DNA of 63,240 nt, filler included, from Octopus bimaculoides (taxonomy: Eukaryota): assembly GCF_001194135.2 (NCBI RefSeq). It is 4 parts of 4 records of this genome, joined end to end, with 100 filler letters (N's around TTAATTAATTAA, not from the genome) between each part and the next. Parts side by side here need not be neighbours in the genome. Positions count along the whole stretch, not along the records: positions 33,918 to 40,892 come from NC_068992.1; positions 40,993 to 63,240 come from NC_068983.1; 2 more parts are not named here. One strand, given 5' to 3'. Under the pieces are notes generated by a model. That model made no database searches. It saw only the letters and a program-made list of their open reading frames with translations, and was not told where the DNA came from. Position 1 is the first letter of the stretch. Each line of letters opens with the position of its first letter. The translations under genes and the position numbers were made by a program. This document shows positions 38,496 to 50,683 of this stretch, in pieces.

Positions 38496-39649
38496 CAACA
38501 ACAACAAACAACAACAACAAACAACAATAAAAAATATTGTGAGACTTCACATTAAAAATGTTTAGTGTTGTAAAACTATAAAACTTATTTCCACACTGAA
38601 AAGTATTTTCAATATTTCTGATTCATGAAAACAGCCTAAGTCTACCGTGACGTGACAAGGTCTGGGGTGTGTAGATATCGTCTGCTTATGTATGAGAGTT
38701 AGGAAGTAGTAAAGTGTAGTAGCTTCTGTTGAGGAATGTGTGATGTTAGTGGTAGTAATAATAGTCAGCAAGTGGACAATTAACATAAGGTGTAGGTTGA
38801 GGAGAGAGCGAGAGAAAAAGAGCGCGAGCGAGAGAGAGGGAGAGAGAGAAGACGGAGGTAGTGAGAAGGGAAAACATATCGACACATGCAATTGCAATGG
38901 AGTTGAGGAACACACTGAAACCATTGAAAGTGTTCAACTTGTCGAGGTGGTGGCTTAACTAGGTCGAAACATTTGTGATTGTTAAAATGAAAACACTGAG
39001 TTTTGATGATGTTCTCAATGGCGAAAGATCACTTGTAAGTGACGTTTGAGAGAGAGAAAATTTCCACTACGTCTGGTTCTCTGGGAGCTTCTTGGGGCAA
39101 CATTTTCGTAATTACTGTATCCATTGATGCATCATTTGAGAGAAAACCTCCTGTTTGAAATAGACTCACATTCATTCTGATTCACACCCATATAAATATA
39201 AATATAAACATAAAGTGGCTGTGTGGTAAGAAGCTTGCTTCCCAACCACATGGTTCCGGGTTCAGTTCCACTGCGTGGCACCTTGGGAGAGTGTCTTCTA
39301 CTATAGCGTCGGGCCGACCAAAGCCTTGTGAGTGGATTTGCTAAAAGAAACTGAAACAATCCCACCGTATATATATATATATATATNNNNNNNNNNNNNN
39401 NNNNNNNNNNNNNNNNNNNNNNNNNNNNNNNNNNNNNNNNNNNNNNNNNNNNNNNNNNNNNNNNNNNNNNNNNNNNNNNNNNNNNNNNNNNNNNNNNNNN
39501 NNNNNNNNNNNNNNNNNNNNNNNNNNNNNNNNNNNNNNNNNNNNNNNNNNNNNNNNNNNNNNNNNNNNNNNNNNNNNNNNNNNNNNNNNNNNNNNNNNNN
39601 NNNNNNNNNNNNNNNNNNNNNNNNNNNNNNNNNNNNNNNNNNNNNNNNN

Positions 39650-40032
39650 NTTTCAGTCATTTGACTGCGGCCATGCTGGAGCACCGCTTTTAGTCGAGCA
39701 AATCGACCCCGGGACTTATTCTTTGTAAGCCTGGTACTTATACTATCGTCTCTTTGTGCCGAACCGCTAAGTTACGGGGACATAAACACACCAGCATCGG
39801 TTGTCAAGCAATGCTATGGGGACAAACACAGACACACAAAAACACGCATATATACATATATATACATATATACGACGGGCTTCTTTCAGTTTCCGCCTAC
39901 CAAATCCACTCACAAGGCTTTGGTCGGCCCGAGGCTATAGTAGAAGACACTTGCCCAAGGTGCCACGCAGTGGAACTGAACCCGGGACCATGTGGTTGGT
40001 AAGCAAGCTACTTACCACACAGCCACTCCTGC
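39650..40032 (-). mobile_element. Near full-length tRNA-derived SINE
   Basis: Same family as 24870-25240. Confidence 0.85.
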
Positions 40033-40256
40033 GCCTATATGTATATAGTATATGTATATATCTGTGTTTTGTGTCTGTGTTTGTCCTCCCACCGTCGCCT
40101 GACAACCTCAGCGTTCGACTGGTACTTAACTTATCGACCCTGAAAGGATGAAAGGCGAAGTCGACCTCGGCGGAATTTGAACTCAGAACGTAAAAATAGA
40201 CGAAATACCGCTAAGCATTTCGCCCGGCGTGCTAACGATTCTGGTAGCTCGCCGTC

Positions 40257-40326
<70 letters not shown>

Positions 40327-40328
<2 letters not shown>

Positions 40329-40520
40329 CTTGTCCATTGGGCACTTTGCAACAAGTATAGACTTGACAGAGCAAAATATTGGTATGACCACAAACTTGAA
40401 GGCATCATCGAAAATGATAATGCAAAGATCCTGTGGAATTTTATGATTCACTGCGACCATGAGATAGAGAATAGGAAGCTAGACATAGTCTTAATTGAGA
40501 AAGAAAGCAAACTATGCGTT
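40327..40520 (+). mobile_element. R4/Dong-type fragment directly after (TAA)n
   Basis: VHWALCNKYRLDRAKYWYDHK.EGIIENDNAKILWNFMIHCDHEIENRKLDIVLIEK. Confidence 0.85.
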
Positions 40521-40992
40521 CTGAATGGAAATTCCGCTGAGGTCGACTTTGCCCTTCATTCTTTCGTGGTCGATAACATAAGAACCAGCTAAACACTGGG
40601 GTCGATGTAATTGACTTACTCCCCCACCCCGAAATTACTGACCTTGTGTCAAAATTTGAAACCAGTATATATAGAAGCAGGAAGGCAGCGGGCTGGCAGA
40701 ATGGTTAGCACGCCGGGTAGAGTGCTCAGCGGAATTTCGTCCGTCTTTACGTTTTGAGTTCAAATTTCGTCGAGGTCGACTTCGCCTTTCATCCTTTCGG
40801 CGTCGATAAATTAAGTACCAGTCGAACGCTGAGGTTGTCAGGCGACGGTGGGGGGACAAACACAGACACAAACACAGGAACCTGTCAAGTACNNNNNNNN
40901 NNNNNNNNNNNNNNNNNNNNNNNNNNNNNNNNNNNNTTAATTAATTAANNNNNNNNNNNNNNNNNNNNNNNNNNNNNNNNNNNNNNNNNNNN

Positions 40993-41036
<44 letters not shown>

Positions 41037-41764
41037 TAACGCTATATATATCTATATATATCTATATATCTATATAGATAGATAGATAGATAAAATTTAC
41101 TTGGAAGAGGATGCGTGGTGTTCAATCATATAACAATATATATAATATATATATATATATGCATATATACATACGTATATGTACATACTTACATATATAT
41201 GTATTTATATATATGCATATGTGGGCACAGGACGTCATGAAACGTGTACAACAAAAAAGTACGAAGCACGAGTACGTGGAACATGAACTATTCTTTCGAA
41301 CAATGAAAGACACAAATGGAAAACAAAACAAACATAAAGAACGACCCTTCATCAGTTATTACCTGTTTTTCTAGTTTCGTATTTCGAGCATTTAACAACA
41401 ATATACGCTTTCAATAAAACAGTTGCTCCAGCAAAGCAAATTAAATAAAATTTGAGATTTTGTGGAGAGTCAGAATAGGTAACACAAACATGACAGTGAA
41501 AACAAACAGGAAGGGCTGCTAAGCCTAAACGAGGTTGTGGTGGCGAACGCGTAAATCAATCAAGGACAGGAGACAAACAAGAACACGTCTTCCTTGTTCC
41601 AGCTGCATCGGAGAGAAAGAAAGAAAGAAAGATGGCCGATGGTCACGTGGAAGCCACGTGAGCAAGGGAGGAGGAGTGAGGGAGAGAGAGTGACAGAGCA
41701 ATAGGATAGAACAGTGAGAGAAGAGGAGGTGAAAGAATAAAAAAGAGAAAAAGAGAGAAACACG

Positions 41765-42130
41765 AAAGAGTAACTTTTTTACGGCCTTGCAGCATTTTGT
41801 TCAGATTATTCAAGTGATCTTTAATATCAACGATAAATTCTAAATCTTGCAACCATTCTGGTGATTGAAATTCTAACACTAGTTGTCATTTTTCTCCATG
41901 AACTGTTCAATTTCCTCTCGTAGATTAAAGAAACGCTTCAAAACGGCACTTCGGCTTAACCACTTTACCTCGGTGTGACATGGCAAGCCATAAGTAACGC
42001 CTGTATCACTGAGAAAATTGTCAAACTGATGGTGATTCAGACCTCTAGTTCGGATGAAATGAACAGTTCGGACAATCACTTCTATGACGTAATCCATTTT
42101 GAACGACTTGCAACACAATGGCTTTATATT
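41765..42130 (-). mobile_element. hAT transposase fragment (GTF2IRD2/Charlie-Spin-like)
   Basis: VHFIRTRGLNHHQF..LPCHTEVKWLSRSAVLKRFFNLREEIEQFM..WLQDLEFIVDIKDHLNNLNKMLQGR. Confidence 0.88.
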
Positions 42131-42979
42131 ATAAAAGATTTTCCCATCTTCTTACCTTCTCCTTTTCTTCCTTTTCCCTCAAGAATGGCCTTGGCTGTGA
42201 AAGACAAAAGAACTAAAGACTTCTGTTTCTCAGCCTGTGTCTCACTCATTTTCTACTATATTTTATCTTTTATTTTTCCCCGTCTCTCCGCCTCACATAC
42301 GCATTCTGTATACGTACCTTGTAGAAGTACCGGGAACAACATGTTGTGAGTCAAAGTTTTCAGCGTGACCGTAACAAGCTTCAAGAAATCAGTGAGCTGG
42401 ACTTTTGTTTTGGATGCAGTCTGGGAAGACTATATGTCTAGGTGTGGGAGCTGTACCTCATCGTGGGTCTTGAACTTTTACCTTTTACCTTCTTTTATCT
42501 TTTACTTGTTTCAGTCATTTGACTGCGGCCATGCTGGGCACAACCTTGAAGAATTTTTGTCGAACCGCTAAGTTATGGGGACGTAAACACATCAGCACCG
42601 GTTGTCAAACGGCAGTAGTGGGGGAACACAGACACAGAGGCACACACACACAGAAACACATACTTACACACATACACAGACACACATACACACACACACA
42701 CATACTAGGCTTCTTGCAGTTTCCGTCTACTAAACCCACTCACAAGGCTTAGATCGGCCTGAGGTTATAGTAGAAGACCCTTGCCTAAGGTGCCACACAG
42801 TGGAACAGAACCCGGAACCGTGTGATTGGGAAGTAAACTTCGCCTGAGAATTTGTAGTTTTTTTTCTCTTTGGTTGTGACAGGAAAGGAACTGAAATTGT
42901 TGTCGTTTAGCCCCGGATGAATTTTGGTTCAACAGATTGATTACAGGTATCCCAGTTGTGACCGAATTGTCTTTTCAAG

Positions 42980-43147
42980 GTGAACTTAATACTATATTAT
43001 CAAATATATTCTTCACATTTTAAGACAGTGAAGAATGAGATTGGAAGAAGGGGCACTGCCTATGACCTTTACAAACTCAAGCATTTATTTCTAGCTCGAT
43101 TACTTTATATAAACGTTTACATTCGACTTCATTTGCTAAGACACAAG
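42980..43147 (+). other. Candidate orphan exon (168 bp, open in phase 0)
   Basis: ttgtcttttcaag acceptor and AAG|GTAAGT donor; peptide not recognised. Confidence 0.25.
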
Positions 43148-44298
43148 GTAAGTAACTTACTTGTACATACTGTACCAGTCTTGGACGGGTGAAAGACACA
43201 CCAAGCCCCGAAGAGATTTGACCCTTTCAGAGGGATAAAAGTACAATCACCCCATATATATATATATATATATATACTTTATTTGTGGATTAAGGCTACC
43301 ATTGGTTTCGTGTTAAGGAAGCTTCATAATTGTTAAAGGCTTCTCAACATGACATCACTGGTAGACTAAATTCACAAATAAAGACTCTTTATCCAGCGAT
43401 GCGGTGGTTGAGAACTCATTCTCATTGTTCGATATTTACGTACGTATGCATGCATGTATGTATGTATGTATGTATGTATGTATGTAGAGAGCTAGATAGA
43501 TATAATGGTGATGATGACTTCTAACTATGCCACTGATACAACACTCTGGAGGAAAGGCGATTAAATTAATTCAATAACTGAATAGTATTTAATTTATCGA
43601 TGCGAAAGAATTAAAAACGAAGTTGACCTCAATGGAATTTGAACTCATAAATTAGCTACATACTTCCAGGTATTTCTCGTCGCTTTACCGATCGTGCCAT
43701 TTATTACAATCCAAACATATCTATAAGAATTATTCTGCTTGTCACGAAGTTCGCGTGTTCCAGTGTTAACGCTTTCAACAACCTTAACTATAGAATGAAA
43801 CCGAAGATATAATCGAAATTTTTAATGTAATGAAACAACATTATGAAGTTTTATAAATATATACGTCAATATAGAAATAAAAACATTTATAAAACGTGGA
43901 CTTACCAAAGGCCCCGCAAGTATACAGACATTGATAGAAAGCCTCATCGTTTAGAAAAAAAAATAAATCAAAAATTCTAAAAAACTAAACAATAAACATT
44001 TTAACAAGTGACAATGAGTGAAAGAAGTAGAGAAAGAATGAATGAATGAACAGTAGAAGCTGGAGAAGAAAACTAAAGTCAGAAAGTATTATCTCTAATA
44101 AGATTTATATATTCAGTATGTCGTTACTCCATCTTGTTTGCTTTCCGTAACATATAGTAGAGCGATGACAGATTGCCAAGCCTTCCTTACTTGGCCTCAC
44201 CAAACCTCGTCCTATCACATCTACTGAAGATAAAGCAAGAGTTGGATGAAATTAAACCTAATCGTGACTGGAAAAATTGGGGGCGGTAGCTACTGTCG

Positions 44299-44329
<31 letters not shown>

Positions 44330-44351
44330 AGTAGTAGTCGTAGTAGTAGTC

Positions 44352-44382
<31 letters not shown>

Positions 44383-44539
44383 CTTAACCCTATGTCAGTC
44401 CTGCGGACATTCCGGTCGTGATCAATGTGACTTTTTGTGTATCCATAGTTCAATGTGTCCTTCCTTTTAGGTGGCAGTAGGGTATAATGTGTGAAGATTT
44501 GGCTGCTATTTCTAACAGGTTGACAGACTTCATAGTAGT

Positions 44540-44615
<76 letters not shown>

Positions 44616-47600
44616 ATTGTTGTTGGATCCACAATGGTAGTAGTGGTGGCAGCAGTGGTAGTTATAGTAATGGTTTAAATGCTTCTTATGCGATTACAAT
44701 TTATGACATTTTAACGAGAGGGAAAAACAGAAAGTTGTGATACTCATGCCTTTTCCCAAGAAGCTTAATGACGTAAATGGAATGAAATGGTCGGTAACCA
44801 TGCTTGAAACTGTGCCACGTTGTCCGTTGACTAGAATAACAGTACTACATTAAGGTCTGTTCGTCCTCCGATGAAAATGCTCGGGTATCTATGATATTCA
44901 AGTATATTTATAGCTGTGTGCTTTGTAAGCTTGACTCTCCGGATATAATAGCTAGATTTCACATAAAAAGAGTAAAGGCTCCCTTCAGTCATGAATGACG
45001 ATGGGATTGTACCTAGAAAGTTACCCTCTGAGCCATAAGTCTGGACAAGGTTGTTTATGGAAGATCAAGTCCGGACAAGGTTGTTTATGGATGACCAGCA
45101 GTCGCCCACGTATATCAGCTTCCCTTCTCTACGCCATCAAATGTTATCCAAGGGAAAGGCAAAGGCAAATACAGCTTGGCACCAGTGACATCGCATTCTA
45201 CGGCTGTGTGAACTGGAGCAATGGGAAATAAAGTGTCTTGCTCAAGAACACAACACACAGCCCGGTCCGAGAATGGAACTCACTGTCTCGTAACTGTGAG
45301 CCAGATGCCTTCACATAGCAGTCTAGAATAAGAACTTACACTTTAGGATAAGTTTCCTCAGACATTATTCAGGAGAGATTTACAAATCAGCTTAATGCTA
45401 CCGAAGCAGATATTGAGCCCCAACTGAATGAAAGTAACCCAGAAGTTTGTGCAGATATCAACAAATTATAGGTGACTGGTTCGGCCTCCCATCTGTCATT
45501 AGTATATATTTTATTTCTGGGGGAAATTAAAGGCAATGCCTACATTCAATGAAATTTAAAGGTAGAAAAAAGAAAGCCCCACAAAAACCAAAAATAAAAA
45601 AGAAAGTTAAAAACAAACCCGAAACTAAATATAAAATATTTAGTACGATTCTCAGTCACGTGCAAGTTTTCTTTTTATCTGTTTGACTGTTATTTTTAGT
45701 ACTTATCAAACGGAGACCTTGATGTAACAATTCTGATTTTTTCTTTTAGTCCAACTAGGTCTTTCTTTTAGTACCGCATCCACCTCCTTTATTAAATTTT
45801 TGAGACGATAGAAGGCGATTTCAGGGAAAATTTAATTGCTATCTTTAGCACTGATCGAATAGGAACTTGTGATAAAAGGCATTCTAAATGAAAATACCTT
45901 AACTTTTCTCAAGAATAGATATGTAGGAGTGAGTTCATTAACCAATGTGCTCTTTTGCATTTCTAAAGAAAACAGTGTGTAATTTGAGGGAGACTTGGTT
46001 GCTGCTTTTAGTAGACAGACTGATCACATAAAGTTTAGCTCTAGTCTAAGTCTAGTCAAGCAAACACATAGTCAAAAACATTTCATCCATGGCTACCTCG
46101 TCGTATTTGGCTGTAAGACTACGTTATCAAATGTTAGTCTTCTTTTTTCAGATGAGTGGTGTAATTTAAGAGCAATTTTAGCTGCTATTTTTAACAGATT
46201 GAGCGACCATGTTAAGATTCCTTCAATGTTATTGTTCTTTAGTGTCAGGTTAATCGTGACGGAGCAGACATGTGATCAAAGATATGCAAATATTATTGCG
46301 CGGGGAAGAAAAGTTTTAATGACATTTCAGCCAGAAAGTCTTCGTCAGGGAGAGATGAAATGTCAACTAGTGTTAAAGGATAAATTGGAAAAGGATAGAA
46401 ACGGAGAGAGAGAGAGAGAGAGTGAGATAAAGAGAGGAGAATGAGAGGTGAGACAGAGAGATACGAGAGCGATGAGAAAGAACGACGAGACAAAAATGAT
46501 AGATTGAGGGAAGAGAGAAAGGAAGGGATAACAACTGTTGGTGGAGGAAAAAGGCCAGCTATAAGAGCGAGGAGAGTGTGTATGTTTATGTGAATGTATA
46601 GTTTCCCTATTATTATTACTACCCCCTCTTCCTCTTAACGTATTTTAAATCTTTGGGCATTCGTTTTACTTTCTCCTACCACAAACGCTTGTTATATCTT
46701 CTTCCTCACTTACCTCAACCACTCTCTACTCACTCTCTGATATTTGGTACATTTTCCTTCTCCTTTGCCTCTCCTTTTCTCCTTCTCTCTTTTTGACACT
46801 TGTTACTTCTTCCTATTTTCTCGGCCCTTTTTTCTCTCTCCATGTCACTTTTTTTTCGTTCTCCTTTACCTCTTTTATTTCTTTTTGATACGTGCAACTT
46901 CTTCTCTCTCTGATACGTATTATCTCTTCCACCTCCCTTAACTTCTCTCTTACCCCTTCCCTACTTTCTCTGATATTTACTTCACTTCCTCTTCTCTTAT
47001 TCTCTTCCTTAACTCTGTCATTTTTACCTTTTTCGTCTCCCTTGCCTCATTCCTCCTTTCTTTTTGGCACTTGTTACCTCACACCCTTTCTCTCTTTCTC
47101 TCTAACTAATCCCAGTTTATATGACCTTCAACACTAGCTGATATTTGTTTTTTCTCCGAAGCGTTAAATTTCTCTTCCCGCGCTCGGCAAACAAATCATA
47201 TTCCACTGTTTGAATTATTTGTATTTATTACCGGTCGACAGAGACCATCACTAGTTTCTATGGATTGTATTGTTTTACTATATTTAGGCATTGCCTTTCT
47301 AACACTAAATTGTTTGGTGTTAAATTATCAAAAACAGCTGCTCGAATAAGCAATTCATCGAATGTACCGCTTTGCTTCAACCAATAATTAAACTAATCAT
47401 AGCAAATATTCAAAATGCAGAAAATTAGTTAAAGACAAAAACTCATACTGTTATGTTTTATTAAAATAATTTTGATTAAAGTAGCATACAATACACTCAC
47501 ACGCACACACACATACGCACAAATATATATATGCACACCCCTATAGAAGGAGGGTTATATTTATATATATATATATATATATATATNNNNNNNNNNNNNN

Positions 47601-48677
47601 NNNNNNNNNNNNNNNNNNNNNNNNNNNNNNNNNNNNNNNNNNNNNNNNNNNNNNNNNNNNNNNNNNNNNNNNNNNNNNNNNNNNNNNNNNNNNNNNNNNN
47701 NNNNNNNNNNNNNNNNNNNNNNNNNNNNNNNNNNNNNNNNNNNNNNNNNNNNNNNNNNNNNNNNNNNNNNNNNNNNNNNNNNNNNNNNNNNNNNNNNNNN
47801 NNNNNNNNNNNNNNNNNNNNNNNNNNNNNNNNNNNNNNNNNNNNNNNNNNNNNNNNNNNNNNNNNNNNNNNNNNNNNNNNNNNNNNNNNNNNNNNNNNNN
47901 NNNNNNNNNNNNNNNNNNNNNNNNNNNNNNNNNNNNNNNNNNNNNNNNNNNNNNNNNNNNNNNNNNNNNNNNNNNNNNNNNNNNNNNNNNNNNNNNNNNN
48001 NNNNNNNNNNNNNNNNNNNNNNNNNNNNNNNNNNNNNNNNNNNNNNNNNNNNNNNNNNNNNNNNNNNNNNNNNNNNNNNNNNNNNNNNNNNNNNNNNNNN
48101 NNNNNNNNNNNNNNNNNNNNNNNNNNNNNNNNNNNNNNNNNNNNNNNNNNNNNNNNNNNNNNNNNNNNNNNNNNNNNNNNNNNNNNNNNNNNNNNNNNNN
48201 NNNNNNNNNNNNNNNNNNNNNNNNNNNNNNNNNNNNNNNNNNNNNNNNNNNNNNNNNNNNNNNNNNNNNNNNNNNNNNNNNNNNNNNNNNNNNNNNNNNN
48301 NTAATTTTTCTATCTTTATATAATAAGTATTTCATATTAATTCATTTGGTACTTATTGTTGGTTGAGATATATATCTAATTATTGTTCTACTTACGATCT
48401 GACGAGTAGCTATATTTTTGAATAGAACTTATTTTCGATAATTTCAATTGATTTTAATCGATTTAAATTTCTTTTCTATTTGAAAAATGGTTATGAAACA
48501 CGTGTAATCTTTTTATTATATTTATCTTATGATATTTACTTTACTTTATATTATACTCATTTATTGTGCTTTTAATTATTAATTTTTCTATATGTGATAG
48601 TGGATTTTCATCGATGAGTTCTTGAAAATTGGTTATTTTCCCTAAAACTATATATTTTATATATATATATATATATA

Positions 48678-49990
48678 CTAGACCCGTTGGGTCACCAATA
48701 GTTCAAGGTACCCGCAAAAACCGTGTATCTCAGGAATCCGTGGTCCGATTTACGAGAAACTTCTAATATTCCGTCTGTATTCACATTTCAATAGTACCTT
48801 ACTTTCAAAGCATTTTCCTCATTATACGCCGGTTTAGCTATTTATAAAGGTACCCGAAAGAACCGTGTATCTCGGTAACCCGTGATCCAATTTACACAAA
48901 ACTTGTTTTATTACATTTGTATTCACATGAGCATCCGATTCATGACGTCTCCTGCCTCTGTCTCTTTCCCTCTGTTTCGCCAGACAATCAGCCCTTGCTT
49001 TATCAATCTCATCGATCAGTCTATTTGCATGCCTGTCTCGATCTTGGGTAAATATTTCGTAAAGGACCCGTTCGTGCAGGTATTTTCGGGTGTATTTCGT
49101 GTGCATTTAACGTACCTCACCTCCAAGCCCATCGCAAGCCACTTTCTTCCTGAAAAGAAAGGGAGGTAGGGTTGTGGATACTGCGGAGATTCCCGGGAAA
49201 CTCTGGGTTTCCCACCAACAGAGTTTTGTTTCGTGAGTTTTTTTTTCCAGGTTATTTGACATGCTTTCAACGAGTGTGACATCGAAATCATGCGTAAACG
49301 GCTCCTTTCCCCAGAAAAGGAAGGATTTCGCTGTTATTTCTTGCACGCCCTGCTACCAGGTAACATGTATTAAGGGTCATTATCACAAATAGCTGTCACG
49401 TGGTAGCAGGGCGTACTAGAAGTAGCAGCCAAATCTTTAGAGGTGTGATACGTTGAATGCACTCGAAATAAACCTATATAAAAAATATTTCACACTGAGG
49501 TTGCGAACGGGTCTTTTACGAAATATTTACCGTATTTTTAAAGTCATTTTCGCTTTAAGATATTATAAAAATATACTCAAAAAAAGTTTTGTAACGGTAT
49601 TCACTTGAAAATAATTTTTAAAAAGACTAAAATATTGTCTGTTTAAAGAAAGCTGAAATATAAATACTTACAGTACAAAGAACTTTCATTTTTGAAATCA
49701 CATTCACTTAAAAATATTTGTAAATGATTAAAATATTATGCTTAACAAAAGCGAAAACAGAACCATTTACTGCAAAAAAATAACTCGTATTTTTTCGTTG
49801 GCAAGTTAAAGACACTAATATGTCTAATCGAAAGGTTAGAATTTCATCCCTTTCAGGGTTAAATTAATTTCGGAGTATTTTCCCATTATGCACCGTTTTG
49901 GGTATTCATACTCCCAAAAGCCCCAATATCTTAAGAACCACTGATCCGATTTACGCGAAACTTGTTTTATTCCGTTTGTATTTACATTTC
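48678..49990 (-). mobile_element. Probable non-autonomous Helitron region
   Basis: Minus-strand end GACCC-AAC-GGGTC/TAG into a TA tract; ~80 bp sub-repeats at ~48705, ~48848 and ~49915. Confidence 0.4.
49047..49531. mobile_element. 485-bp element with 28-bp terminal inverted repeats
   Basis: GGTAAATATTTCGTAAAGGACCCGTTCG (49047-49074) versus reverse complement of 49504-49531, 27/28 identical. Confidence 0.7.
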
Positions 49991-50099
49991 AGGGGCCCTT
50001 TACGAGGTAGAATTGTTACAGTGATAGTTTTGATGCATCATGACTCATTTTACTCCATGCAGATCGATCTAGGCAATGACTTTCCCATGATGTCAAATT

Positions 50100-50290
50100 A
50101 AGCTTAGAGCTTCAACTTATCCTTATACCTAAGGACGGGTCTTCCTTTACCGCATGTCTCTCTACATGTTGGTCATACAAAAGAATTTTCGGAATGCGGT
50201 CATCTTTCATTCGAAAAACATATCCTACTCAACTGCACCGAGTTCTCAGCAGCATGCTTTGGATACTGGTGATTTCACATTTTTCTAAGA
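50100..50290 (-). mobile_element. RTE LINE 3' fragment
   Basis: ITSIQSMLLRT..VGYVFRMKDDRIPKILLY. Confidence 0.65.
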
Positions 50291-50541
50291 TTTTGACATT
50301 TGATATCTTATCTTGTCATTTTATGCTGCAGATATTGCACAGACAGCACATGTAACTTCATAACAAAATCCATACCTAGATTCAAATTACATTCACGCAT
50401 CCATCGCGAATAGATGCAGCTTCGTTTATTCTTTTATTTTTAAATTTGTTTTTTCTTTGTCTCATATTTTACCTTTTCTCACTTTTTCTCCTTTAAATCC
50501 TCTCCTTCAAACACTCATACGTCGAAATCGATGGGAGTGAA

Positions 50542-50580
<39 letters not shown>

Positions 50581-50618
50581 AATCATTATCGTTGTCGTCG
50601 TCGTCATCATCTTAATCA

Positions 50619-50683
<65 letters not shown>

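Noticed and set aside
41200-41400. CTGATGAAGGG in a Penelope-tail-like repeat
   Set aside because: No matching stem II/GAAA/stem III arrangement could be built.
43895-44240. Two small minus-strand exon candidates with GTAAG donors
   Set aside because: Weak acceptor for one, unrecognisable peptide, no further support.
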